Assembly: GCA_004431415.1 (NCBI GenBank)
Contig: QPMI01000444.1
Span: forward strand, 186,001 to 250,000
Length of the DNA: 64,000 bases
Reading direction: 5' to 3'
From: Cyanophora paradoxa CCMP329
Lineage: Eukaryota > Plantae > Glaucophyta
The position numbers and the translations under genes are program-made. Shown here in pieces: positions 1 to 12,231 of the stretch. Under the pieces are notes generated by a model. It was given only the letters and a program-made list of their open reading frames with translations, was not told where the DNA came from and made no database searches. Position 1 is the stretch's first letter. Every line of letters begins with the position of its first letter.

Positions 1-103
1 AGCTAAGAACGGCTAGTGCTGCAGCAAGCGCACAATAACACTGACGCGCCCGAAGGCCGTGCATTCGTATTATAGAGTAACGAAGAGCGCGCGGCGGTGC
101 CTC

Positions 104-933
104 TTACAAGCCGGCCTCCGCCGGGGTCTTGGCGATGATCGAGTCTACGGCGTGCACCTGATTGCTCTGCATCTCATCCCTGCGGCAGGGCTTAGTCTTG
201 AAGCGCTGATCGACGCAAGAGAGAGGGCTTGCCAGATAGCTTTGTAGATCTGCGCCAAACGAGCGGGGAAGCATCAGACGAAAAGCAGCAAGCGATTGTG
301 GCACCAGGCACGGGACGCGGGCTCACCATGCGGTGCCGGGCAACAACGTTCTTGCCCTCGAACTGAGAGGAGACAATGTCGATCCTGTAATCGCGCGTGA
401 GGTCCCCGCGCCGCGGCAATCATGAAGCAGCGCGCTTACACGATGTGGCTCGCGTCGCCCGCGTTGTCAATGACCTGCAGCTTCTTGGGAGCGAGAGCAT
501 CGGTGAGCTGCGTGCAGCGATCGTCAATGCGCCGCTGGATCTCCCAGAGCTCCAGGCAAGCGACGGCGAGTAGCTCCGGACCTTCTTCGACACCTGGGCG
601 ACGGTGGGGTGCGCTGGTGCGCTGTCGGCCTGTGCACGCGGCGGCTGCGCCACGAACGTCCTCCGCGGCGCGGCGGCGGCGAACTGGGGCGGCTGGTCAG
701 CATGGGCCGCACTTTGCGGTTCGGGCGACGCGGCTCACGATTGTCTGGCCGAAGAACGAGCGAGCCTCGTTGATGCCAACGCTCCGCACAGCGACTGCGG
801 CGGCTGGCGGGGGCGGTCGAGGCGAGGCACACTGGAGGGTCGCGGGGCGCGGCTAACCAGGTCGGATGCGGGGGACGGAGATGTGCCCGCGCGGGAACGC
901 CACCGCCGCCAAGTTCAATGCGAACGCCGACAT
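104..933 (-). CDS. BOLA4: Plastid-targeted BolA4-like protein (multi-exon)
   Basis: Spliced translation MSAFALNLAAVAF...LTDALAPKKLQVIDNAGDASH..IDIVSSQFEGKNVVARHRM|IYKAIW|DEMQSNQVHAVDSIIAKTPAEAGL*. BolA fold motifs with a plant BolA4-like C-terminus and an N-terminal transit peptide. Confidence 0.88.
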
Positions 934-1026
934 CGGAGGCTTTCCGGCAAAAACCTTGACGAGCGGGGTACAGTAGCTCTGGCTCGATTAAACGCCAGCC
1001 GCGCCTCCTGGCTCCCGCATCCGCCG

Positions 1027-4000
1027 ATGGAAAGGTGAGCGCCCGGAAAGATCGATCCGCGCACGCGCGAGCGGCTCCCAGCGGTCTAGCTGCGCCCCCA
1101 GCCGAGCACCTGCTCTCTCGGCCGGGATGCGCTGGTTTGGTTCCCGCCGTTCGCCAGCGCTGGTTCTTCCTCCAACGCGTTCCGGGTTTTTCCGTCCTTG
1201 CGTCTGCGCATTTCCCCGTCGTTCGATATTGCGCTGTCAGAAGAGCGCTGCGTGCGCTCTCGCTGTAGTCTGGGCTTATCATTCGACCCATCGCTTCGAT
1301 CTGTCCGCGGCCACACCGTCGCACTCGCCCGACGAATCCCTCGCGCAGTGGAGCAGGTGGACGCCCGACGGCGCACTCGCCCGACGCTCTTCGCACAGAC
1401 CAGGTGCGAGTGCGGTTCAGCGTCGACACCGCCGCATCGCACTACTCGGCGAGAGAACCGGAGACCGTGAAGCGAATCCTCAGCGACCAGTCTGTGCAGA
1501 TCGCACTTGATTTCGATGAAGGTCCGCTGGGTTTGGCTGGCGGACCGTTTCCCGCCGCCGGCTTACTCTTTTCCTCTGCAGAAGCTCCAGCGGGCGCCAC
1601 GATTCCGGCGCTCTGCGAGGGCCTGCGCAAGTCGCCCGTGGTCCGCCTCGAACTTGTAGGCGAAGGTTCGCTGGCATGGGCTGTATCATGCGCTCATATT
1701 GCGCCTCACCGTTCGCGCGCCCGTTTGCCAGGACCGGAAGCCATGGTGCCAATGCAATTTGCGCGGGCTGCGCGCGACATGCGGTCCGTATCCGGACCCA
1801 GCACCGACCTAGCACCCCGCGAACCATCTGGAAACCTCCTGATCGCTTGCTCTCTTGCGCCAGGTACCTGCGTCACCTCCAGATCACGTCCGCCTCCGTG
1901 TCCGCTTCGTTCCTGGCGGCGTGCGTCGGCGGGTCCTTGCGCAGGTGCCATCCCCTGCAAGGCTTCCTGCTCTTCTAACGTTGAAATGACGCGCAGGGTA
2001 TCGCTCGACCGCGTGGTGATCCAGCCGGACGCTACGGGCGTTGACAGCCTCGCCAGCGCGATCGCAGCTGGCGGCTTGTACGCGATGTCCCTGTTCAGCA
2101 CTTCTTTCGCGGACATCGACGCGGGCTCTGACCCGCTCGCTGCGATTCTCGGCTCCTCCTGGGGCCTCACCGTGCTGGAGCTGGACGGCGTGTCGCTCAC
2201 AGGAGATGCTGCCCGCGCGCTTGGGCGAGCGCTCGCCCGGCCGGCCTGCCGCCTCCGCATCATCGAGGCCACGTGCGCTGTCGTTCGGCGCGCTCGAACC
2301 GTGCCCCCGCGCGCGCTGACGCGGGCGCAGCTTGCCACCGGGCACTTCCGATGAGGCCCGGGACGCGCTGGAGGCCGCCGTCGCTCCGCCGCCGGAAGGC
2401 ATGGAGCCGGGCCCGCTTCTCCGCGCACGCCTGCACTTTCCCGGCCCGCCGGACGAGAAGGTCCGCCGCCCGGCCGTTCTCCCTCCTGGATCAAATTTTC
2501 GAGCCTCGGCGCAGCGGGTCGTCAGCCACCCCGGGAGGAGCCCGCGCCTTTCTCCCGAGGTTTCAGAGCCGTCGTGCGCGCCTCGCCGCGCCGGCGCCGC
2601 GGCCTCGCCTGATTTGAGCAGTTGGCGGCCGGGAGACCTGGCGTGGGTCGGCGGGCAGCTCTCCTCGGGGCCGCAAGGCCGCCAGATGTGGTGGCCATGC
2701 GTGGTGCGCGCCCATCTCGGGTCTCCGCGCCCGCGCCCCGGATCCCGAGCGCGCCAGCAGGTCCTGCGCAGCGAGGGCGTCGGCATCGGGCAGCGTTACT
2801 GCGAGTTGGAGGTGCCCATTGAACGCCTGGGCAACGGCGAGCAGTGCGCGCACGCCGGCGCGCCGCCGCGCGCGCCGGCGTGCTGAGTGCGGCGGGCAGG
2901 GAGTGGAAGAACCCGGAGGAGCTGCTGCCGTTCGAGGCGGGCCACGAGATGGAGCTGCCGCGGCAGAAGCCGATGCAGCGCGAGCTCTTCGGCGACACGT
3001 GGCGCTCCGCCCTCTGGACCGCCGACGAGCTCAAGGCCCAGCCCCGCCCCGACCGCCTCGCCCGCCTCGAAGGCACGCGCCGACCTTTCCTTCCCCGCTG
3101 GCCCGCCCGCCGCTCACTCGCGCACGGGTTCGCGCGCGCGCGCAGAGGTGCGGCGCGAGCGGGAGTCCAAGCGGCGGTCGGGGAGGGCCGGGGCGCACGC
3201 GGGCGCCGGCGCGGGCCGCGGCCGCAGAGAGGAGGCTGACGAGGAAGAGGCCGCGGCGCCGATCGAGCGGCACGGCCGCCCCGCCTCCTCCTCCGTCCCC
3301 GTGCGCCGCCCGCGCCCGCGCCCGCGCGCTCGCCCTCGGGCGCCGAGGGTCGGGGCAGGCGACGGTGGGCCGCCCGCACCCGCACCGCCACCACGAGGCG
3401 GGCGCCGCCGCCCCGTCCATGCCGGCCGCGCCGCCGGCCTCGGTCCTCGAGCGCCTCTCGCCCTCCTCCGTCGCCAGCCGGTGCGCGCCACGCGCGCCAC
3501 GCCCCGCGCCCCGCGCCCCGCGCCTCGTCGAGCCCGGGGAAGGAACAGGCGGCGGTCGAACCCCGAGGCGCCCCGCACGCCCCGCAGCGCCTTCGTCATC
3601 TACCGCACCGGTGCCCCTCCGCTGCGCCCCGCATTCTCCGGTCCTCGCTGAGTCCGCTTTTCGCCGCAGCGATGCGGTCGACGGTGCGGCAGGGGCACCC
3701 CGGCCAGGGCAGCGAGGCCATCTCCCGCATCATCGTACCCCCCTTCGCGCCAGCCCCGCCCCCGCGCCGCTCTCGTCCTCACGCCGTGCCCCAGTCGCAG
3801 ATGTGGAACCGCCTGCCGAGCCCCGAGAAGCAGGTGCCGCGCCGCCCCGGCCCCGCCCGCCCGAGAGCCATCCCCAGCGCCGACGCCGGCGCAGCCGTTC
3901 ATCGCGCAGTCGGACCGGGAGAAGGCGTCCTACCGCCGCCAGATGGACGCCTACAAGTCCCGCCAGCGCCGCGAGGTCCGCCCCTGTACCCCTCCCTCCG

Positions 4001-6959
4001 CCCCCTCCCCTCCACCGACGCCCGCAGGACTCCGGGGCGCCTGCCCGCCCGGGCGCCTTTTCTCCGGAGCCGAGAGGCGCCGACCACGATCGCGAGGTAG
4101 TGCGCCCCGTACCCCCCGCTGACCTTGTTCCCCCCTCCCCCTGACCCCCCGCAGCCGCCGAAGCGGAGGCGGGCACCCCCGCCCCGCTACAGCGCCGAGT
4201 CGGACGAAGGGGGGTACGAGCTCGAGGGCCGCCCCGACGCCGAGGGCGAGGAGGAGACTGGGTGCGCCCTGCATTCGCCTTCGACGAACACCTTCTTAAG
4301 CGAGTGGCGCCGCAGGTACTCGCACGAGTCGCAGGGCGAGTCGCGCGGGGAGGGTTACGACGTCGCGGAGGGCGAGGACGAGGACGAGGACGAGGAGGAC
4401 GAGGGGGCGGGGGTGAAAGTGGAGAGCGACTCTGATGAGCCGTACGCTCCCGCTTCCGAGCGGCGTGCCTCCGCTGGCCCCGTCGCCCGCAAGCGCAAGA
4501 TCGGCGCCCGCGCCCACCCGCCGGGGTGCGCCCGAGCCCGCAGCTGATCGCGCTGCTCCCAGCCTGAGCGCCCTGCAGGTGTACGTGCCCCTTCCACCCG
4601 CGCGCCAGGTCGGCCGGGCCTCCGCACGCCCGCGAGCCGTGCGTCTCCGCGCCGCTCTCCCGAGGCCGCCCTGCCTGACGCCCGCCACGCGCCAGGGACC
4701 ACGCCCCGTCGGGCGCGGCGCCGCCCGAGCGGACGCGCTCGCCCCGCCGACCCATGGTACGATCTGTCCATCAGCCGCGGCCGCCCGGGCCAGCCCGGCC
4801 CGCCTCATTCCCCCCCAGGCCGCCCTTGCGCTCCTCTCCCGCGTCCGCTCCGAGGATTTCGCGTACTCGGGGTACAGGTACCTTCTTTTGAGCGGGCGCC
4901 CCGCCCCTGCCGTCCGGCCTGACTCGCCGCAGGGCGCCATCCCCGCGGACGGCGCTGGCGGGGTACGACACGGACGAGACGGGCTCCATCCACACCCTCC
5001 GCGAGGAGTGAGCGCCGCGCCGCCCGCGCGAGAGAGCGCGGCGCCGAGGGCCCCGCAGCACGCCCCCGGCGGACGGGGAGGAGGAGGGGCAGGCCCCCGC
5101 CGCCTCGAGCCTGCGCCGGCCGCCGCCGCTCTCGCCGCCGGCGCGGCGGGAGGCCCGCGGGCGCGCGGCGGCGGCGACGGCGGCGGCGGCGGTGGCGGAC
5201 GAGGACAGCGAAGACGCGGGGGGCCGGGCAACGACGCCGAGTGGCTCCCCGGCGGCCGGCGCGCCCCGCCCCGCGATGCCGCGCGCCGCGTCCTGACCCG
5301 CCCCGCCCCGCAGGCCCGCGAAGCGCCGCGCCGCCGCCACCACCACCGCGCAGGTCACTCCGCAGCGGCCCATCGGCGTCCACAGGCTCGCCCCCTCGCG
5401 CGCCCCGCGTGCGCTGGCGCCGCCCCTCATGCGCCCAGTCGCAGCCACGCGCCGGGCTGCATGTGCCCGTACCACCGCAAGCAGGCCGCCCTGGCGTTGA
5501 GCGCGGGGCGGCCCTCCCCCGGGCCCTCGCCCCGCCCCGCCGCCGCGCCCCGCCGCAGCCCCGCGCGCGCCCCCGCCGCCCCGCCCGCCGCCACTGCGCC
5601 GCGGCCGGCGGCTGCGTCGTCGGCGCCGGCGTCGCCGGGGCACGCGGGGCGGGTGCGGACGCCGGAGCCGTGGAGCCACGACGTGGGCATGACGGGGGAC
5701 CCCGAGTGCGACGTGGCGCGCACCCCCCGCACGTGCACTCCGCGCCTCGCTGAAACCCCGCCAGGTGCTCCGGACGCCGCGGGGCGCCCGCCGCCGCCGC
5801 CGCCGCCGCCGGCGACCACGCCGGGCCGCGTGCTGCTGCCCGTGCTGCCCATCCCGCCCGGCGAGCGCGAGCGCGAGGCGGCCGAGGCGCCCTCCCGCCA
5901 CTCCGCCGCCCGCATCCTTTCCTTCGCCCAGCCGCAGCCGCAGCCGCAGCAGGCCCCTCCGCCCCCGCCCGCCCCGCCCCAGCCCCAGTCGCCCTCCACG
6001 GGCTACTACGGCGGTCGGGGCGTCTTCGCGCGCCGCCCCAGCGGCGGGAGCGGCGGCGGCGGCGGTGGAGGAGGAGGAGGAGGCAGCTCGTCTGCTGGCG
6101 GGCCGCGGCGGCGGAGCGAGGCGGCGCCGGCGCCGGCGCCGGCCCGCGCCGCCGGCGACTGCGACGACGAGGCGACGGACGGCGGGGACGAGGGGGAGGA
6201 GGAGGGGGGCAACCGGCCCCGCGCCCGCCGCCGCCGCAACGGTCCGCCGAGCTCTCCTCCCGCGCTTCTCCGCCGCTCACCCCCGCGGCAGGGGGCGAGG
6301 GGGCCGAGGGGAGCGGGAACGGGGGCGGGAGCTCGGCGGAGAAGGTGACGCACCAGACCGTCTACCGCGACAAGAGCGGCCGCTTCTCCAAGTCAGCGCC
6401 CTCGCCCGCCCCCGCTCGCGTCGGAGTCGGTGCTCAGCTCGCTCGTGCGCCGCGCGCGCGCGCAGGGCGAGCTCGGCCGTCGCGACCACGACCGTCGTGC
6501 GCGGCGCGGGGCGCGCCCGCGGCAACGGCAACGGCAACGGCAACGGGGGCGGGGCGGGGCCGAGGCGCGCACGCGGAGCCGGCGGGGCGGCTCGTCGGAG
6601 GGAGGGGCGGGAGCGGGTCGGAGGGGGAGGGCGAGGGCGCCTCGCCCCCGGGGGGGGCGGCGCCGGGGCCAGGCATGCTGGCGAGCCTCGAGGCGCTGAC
6701 CACGGCCGTCGGGGCGGAGGCGGTGCGGGCGCTGGGCCTGCACGGGGCCGCCCCCGGGGGCCCCGCCCCGGTCTCGGGCGCCCCGGGCTTCGTCGCCTAC
6801 CAGTCCGCCATCGGCATGATCCTGCGTGCGCCCCCGCGAGGCCCCGCAGCTCCTTTTCCTCCCCGCTGACGGGGCGATCCCGCAGTGCCCCTCAATGCCT
6901 TTGGGGGCGCCGCGGCGGCCGCGGCCGCGGGCCAGACCCCGGGGGGACCGCCGTCGTAG
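1027..6959 (+). CDS. Large chromatin-type protein: RNI-like LRR region, PWWP domain, HMG box and a low-complexity tail (may be two genes)
   Basis: LRR-like GLTVLELDGVSLTGDAARALGRAL (~2160-2270). PWWP WRPGDLAWV...MWWPCVV (~2620-2705). HMG PRTPRSAFVIY...MWNRLPSPEKQ|PFIAQSDREKASYRRQMDAYK (~3570-3960). ATGGAAAG|GTGAG start at 1027. Continuation past 4547 is inferred from splice signals. Confidence 0.6.
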
Positions 6960-7799
6960 GCTTGAGACGTTTTGTTCGAATTCGCGGTTCGGCCCGGCAG
7001 CCACAGGCGGTGGGGCCCGGCCCCTGTTAGACTGTCCTTTCTTGCATTCCTTACATCGGAGTCCATGCTTTTCGAATTCTTGAGTGAAGCCCATTGAGCT
7101 TGCGCTTCTTGTGAGCTTTTTGAACCGTATACGTAAACTCGTGGTAAATCCAGACCCTTCTTCACTTTCAGCATGATCAGACGTTTCAAATTTCAAGACT
7201 TTCATGTACATTACAGCCTTTTCGAACTCCAGTCTCCGAGACACCACGGCGGTGTTTTCAATACTGCCCTCGACTGCAGCTCTCAGCAGCTAGCTATAGT
7301 CCGACGGTCGTTCTACACTTTTCCTATGTGTATTGAAAGCTAAAATTTTGTACAGCTCACTGAGTCATTGTTCATGAGTTTAATTTAGGCATTTAGGGGA
7401 TCATTGAATCCCTTTCAGTGCGCTGCAGTGGACTCGCAAACTCAGTGTGACTTGAAACTCTTCGAATTCGAATTCCAAACGGAGACTCAGTGACTAGTAC
7501 TAGTACTTGTACATTCATTCCGAATTCGAACTTGGAATTCGGCGATCGGACTCTGGACCTGAGACGCTGCAGCTGGTGACAGTCGACGTCGGATCCGGAC
7601 TGTCGGACTGTCACTACGGTACTACGGTACAGCCACCTTCACTTGCAATTGCAAGCTTTGAAGCTTCCAGGACCCGCAGCCGGCCCGCGACACTGCATGC
7701 GCAGCTGTGTGCGGCACTGCAGCTTAGCGCTAGCGGCTTTCACGATCAGCGGCTCTCAAAAAATCAAAAATAATGCCCCCCCACCTTGGAGGTTCAACG

Positions 7800-8015
7800 G
7801 TTGGGGGGTTAGGCTTAAGGGTGGGGTTGGGAGGGAGAGGGGGGGGGGGGGGGGGGGGCGGGGTGGGGGGAGGGGGGTGGGGGGGGGGGTGGGGGGGGCC
7901 GAGATGGAGGAGAGGGGGGCCGGGGGGAGCGGGGGGGAGGGGGGGGCGGAAGGGGAGGGGGGGGTGGGGGCGGAAGGGGAGAGGGGGGGGCGGAAGGGGA
8001 GGTGGGGTGGGGGGG
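7800..8015 (+). repeat. Extreme G-run purine tract (G-quadruplex potential)
   Basis: Many G4-G20 runs separated by 1-3 nt, just downstream of the F-box gene stop on the opposite strand. Confidence 0.8.
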
Positions 8016-8029
8016 TAGAGGAGACGCTG

Positions 8030-10205
8030 TCAGTACACCGAAGTCCTCCAGCGCGAGCGCTCCGCATAGAGACGCCGCACAGCCTCGACCGCGGCGTCTC
8101 TCTCCGACGCCGGCGAGAGGCTTAGTTTGACTTGCAGCTCGACCTTGGGGTGGAGGCGGCGTAGAATCTGGGGCCCGCGCGGTCGGCCCGTCGGAACGGG
8201 CGGTCGGGCGCGGAGCGGCCAGCTGGAATTCGAAGGCACCTCGAGCGGGCGGAGGGGAGCCGGAATTCTAGTCCCGTGAAGCGCAGAGCGCCCGTTAAGC
8301 GGAGAGTGGAGGGTGATTTGAGCATCGCGAAGTGTTGGCATCCTTTGAAGGTCGAGTTCAAGGCGCTCGAGGGCCGACAGCGCCAGGATCGCCTCCGCCT
8401 CCGCCTCCGTCAGCGGACGGAGGAGGCAGAGGTGCAGGCTCGCGAGTGTGCGCCGCGCGCCGGGGCTCTCCAGGAGGTGGACCACGGTGTCAGGGCTCGT
8501 GGGATGACCTGCGTGCAGCGATGAGGGGGCGGCAAAATCAATCGCGAGCGAGGGGCCGCTGCCACGTCGCGAGGGCTTGGCCTACCGAACATGTTTACAG
8601 TGAGCCTAACCCTCTCCAGGTGGGGGAGACCGGAGATTGTTTCCGCCAAGGCGCGCAAAGCAGCCGCGGCTCTCGAAGGCTTGGTCCCCTGAAAAATCGA
8701 CACGTCTGCCTCGCGAAGGCTTGCTGCATGCCCAAGGGCGAGGAGTGCTGCGGGCTCCACCTCGTTCGGGTCAATCTGCAGTAAGCGATCGGTCAGCACA
8801 AGCAGCATAAACGGATCCTTCATTCCCAAAGTTCGAAATCTGCACCGAGAGGGGTGGGACCGACTCGAGTCTAGGCATGCGGCTCAACGCGAGCAGGCCA
8901 GCATCTCCGGGCAATAGATGTCGACAACAGCGCGTGGGTATTCGGCGCGGGAACTCGCCCTCACTAAGCGGCACAGGGGGAGTCGGCTCGAAAGAATATG
9001 CAGCCGAAAAGTCAGGGAGGGCGCACTTGTACAGACCGACTTCATCGAAGAGAGCGATGCTCTTGAGGCTCTTGCCTGCCGGGCCATCGGCGAGCGCCAC
9101 CAGGCTGTCTCCGACGCCGTAAGAGGACATCGCGGACGGCAACGAAAAGACCAGCTGCTCGAGGTGCGCCAGGGGCGCGAGAGCTGTCAGAACCGCCAAA
9201 AACGATGACGAATCGAAGTCCGGGGTGATGCAAAGAGACTTCAGGAGGGGGCAGGCTGCGACGATGGCTGCTGCAGCATCCGCGCCGATGCCGAACGAGT
9301 TGCGTGAAAACAGGTCGAGGGATTCCAGCTTGCCGAAGGGGGCTAGTGCGGTCCGCATCTCGTCTGGTGCAGCAAACCGCAGCCGGTCGTCAGGTCTAGA
9401 TCTGTCACGAGCGCCTGCGTCCCAGGTGCAGCCGATGCTGAGGCTCTTGAGAGCGCTGACTGCCCCCTCCGATGGCTGCAGTGCCGACAGCACGCCGAGC
9501 ACATAAGCCTTCAGGAAGTCCGCATCGGACCTGCGCAAGACATCTGCGCCTCGAAGTTCGACGATCACCTCCCGCGGCTGCGCCGAGCCGCTGTGGCTGC
9601 CGTTGATGACTTCGAGGACGCTGCACGCAGCCGCTACGGTGCGCCGGTGGCTCTCTCTCACGATCGCTGCTTTCACGCCTCCAAAGAAGGCGAGCTTTGG
9701 CCGGAGCGCGACGCTGGCGCCCGCGCTGAGCCGCAGCTTGCGAACCCGCTGGTCTAAGAGCGCCGCCAAAGCGAGGTACATGTCCGCTTGCTCGCCGTTT
9801 CGTGTGCGCCCGGCCGCGGCTCGCATTCGCGCCTGCCCGTGTGCGCCGCTCGCGATCGAGCTCGCCTCGGTCGCGGCGACCTCTAAGCTCGTCCACTCCA
9901 TGTCCTGAACCACATGTCGCCACCGCCTGCCTTCCGCGGTCAAGTCCAGCAAGCTATAGCGCGAGGCCGCGGCCGCGCGGGCGCGGGGCCGCGGACCTAC
10001 AGACTGCGCGCAGGGGCCAGCTCGCCCGCAGCCCGATCGCCTTGAAGACGCCGCTCAACACAACATCTGGCAGCACGTAGATGTCGATTGCTGCCGCCGC
10101 TCCCGCCGCTGCCGCTTGCGAGGGCTTGGGCGCTGCCGCAGCGCTATCTGGCGCCGGCTCTTCGACGCGGGCCCGCTTCTCCGCACGTTCTCCGAACGTC
10201 GACAT
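8030..10205 (-). CDS. F-box/LRR protein
   Basis: IYVLPDVVLSGVFKAIGLRASWPLRAVCR|RWRHVV F-box, followed by LRR-like repeats (KLESLDL, LLKSLCI, HLEQLVF, HLERVRL, ALERLEL). Confidence 0.8.
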
Positions 10206-10614
10206 CGCTCACTCCTCCCGGCAGGTCTGTGGGCCTCTGTAAGGCCTAGGTGCACGTGCGTTGACCGCGGTCATGATCAGGTGGAGTCCGGGGGCGAACC
10301 GCTCGGGCCGTGCGCAAGCGTCTTGCACGGTACAAGTTGCACCTCGTTTGCTTCTCTGGGCCGCGCAGGCAGGTCTGCGGTCCCCCGGTGTCGGCGGGCG
10401 ATGAAGTTGTCAAGGCCGGGCCAGCCACGCGGGGCCGTGCGCGGGCCTCTAGCACCTCGCACTCAGCTCCTCGGCGGCTGTACGTTTCAATTGCGTGTTC
10501 AGCGCTCGTGAGCTCAGCAGCGCTTGCGCTTGCTGGTCGGAATCGTGCCGGTACCCCAGTGAACAACCAAAACGTTACCTGTACCCAGCTGCAGTGCTGA
10601 TTGAACCCTAGGCT

Positions 10615-10669
10615 ATAACCTATAGCTCATGAACCCACATGCACCCCATATAACCTATAGCTCATGAAC
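10615..10669. repeat. 20-bp direct repeat ATAACCTATAGCTCATGAAC x2
   Basis: Copies at about 10615-10634 and 10650-10669. Confidence 0.8.
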
Positions 10670-10922
10670 GTTCGCTGCCGGCGCCGCGACGCTGCGCGGC
10701 TCCCCCTCTAACCCCGCCCACCCCCCCCCCCCCTCCCCCTCCCCCCCCTCCCCGTCCCCCCCCCCCCCCCCCCGGCCCTCCCCCGCCGGCGCCGGCGCTG
10801 GCGCCCCACGTGCACCCCAAGTCCGGATCCCGCCCCGCTCGTGTGCAGCCGCTGGCATGGGCATTCTCGCCGAATAAATAACTTAGGGGGAGCGAAAGCG
10901 GGGTGAGCGCGGGGCGGGGCCC

Positions 10923-11912
10923 TCAGCCGTCGAAGTCGTCGCCCCCGCCGCCGTGCGCCGCGCCGCCGCCGAAGCCGTCGCCCGCGTCGCCGTCGGGCCC
11001 GGCGATGCCCTCGGAGAAGGAGCGGACGCGCGAGGCCGGGTGGTGCCGCCCGGCGCCGGCGCCCTGGCCCGAGACGCCCGAGAGCCCCGAGAGCCCGCTC
11101 GCCCGCGACGCCCCGACGGCCGCCGCGCCGCCCCCGACGCCGCCCCCGACGCCGGCCGCTGTGGCGAGGGCGGCGGCCGCGCGCTGCCCGGCCGGCTGGC
11201 CGGCCTGCTCGGGGAGAGGCTCTGCGACTTGGCGGCGTCGTCCCCCGCCGCCTTCTTGAGGCTGGCCGAGAGCGAGACGAGGGGCGGCTTGTCCACGCTG
11301 CCGGCGAGCGAGGCCCGCACCTGCGAGGCCCGCGCCGGCGGCCCCGCCCCGGCCCCGGCCCCCGCCCCCGCCGTGCCCGCGCCCGCCTTCTTCGTGACGT
11401 ACGTGCCGTTCGCCAGCGCCTTCAGGTTCCCCGTGTTCAGCCCCCGCACCTGCCGGCGGCCGCGCCCCGTCAGGGCGGCGCGAGGGGCGGGCCGCGGGGC
11501 GGGGCCGCGGGCGCGCCTCGAGGCCGCGGTTCTGCATCGCCTTGGTGAGCTCCACCGATTCGGCGACGGACCTCCGCAGCGGGCCCGGCACGAACTCCAC
11601 CGCCGTCCCGAACGTCGAGACGCTGAAGCTGCGCGCGCCACGGCCCGCGCTCAGAGGCCGGCGGCGCCGCCGCCGGCTTCGAGAACCAACTACAGGCGGG
11701 CGCGCTCACTTCGAGGCCGCGCTCAGGCTCTCGCCGCTGCCCCCGGTGCGCGCTGAGGACTCGTGAGCACTGGCCTGGCGCCTGGAGCGGGCGCGGGCGG
11801 CCGGCGCACCTGACACAGCGTCCAAGGCGCCCGCCATGATCGGCCCCGCGGCAAAGGGCGACTGGGGGGGTGGCGCCGATGAAGACTGCACCTTCACCAA
11901 GCGCCTTTGCAT
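10923..11912 (-). CDS. Hypothetical low-complexity protein (about 3 exons)
   Basis: MQRRLVKVQSS...AVEFVPGPLRRSVAESVELTKAMQNRGLE|VRGLNTGNLKALANG...GGGDDFDG*. Coding-like composition and splice sites; no recognised domain. Confidence 0.55.
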
Positions 11913-12231
11913 GTCATTGTGCAGCAGCTGCGGGCTGCGGGTGAGGATAGTCGGGCAGCCACAGCGACCCGGCGAACCTGGCCTCCCTTGAAAGCCATGC
12001 TGTAGCTATAGCCACTTGTTGAGTTCAAGCGCTTCGCTCGGCCGAGGTGCGCTGTAGCTAAGCTGGGTCGGTTCGGCGCGGCGGCGAGGCTGGGTAGGGG
12101 CGGGGCTGGATCTGTGCTTTCTGTGATACGGTCTTCTCTTGCTCGTGAGTGCTCTCCGGCGCGTTTCGTTCGGTGCTTGGGGAATGAGCGATAGCCGGGT
12201 ACACCCTAGGTGCAGCCAGGGGTCCTTCTCG

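Noticed and set aside
7440-7660. Cloning polylinker or vector contamination (dense EcoRI, SpeI, SalI, BamHI and PstI sites)
   Set aside because: The sites arise from the XYZ-rc-XYZ pattern, occur in nearly every spacer, and have no vector backbone.
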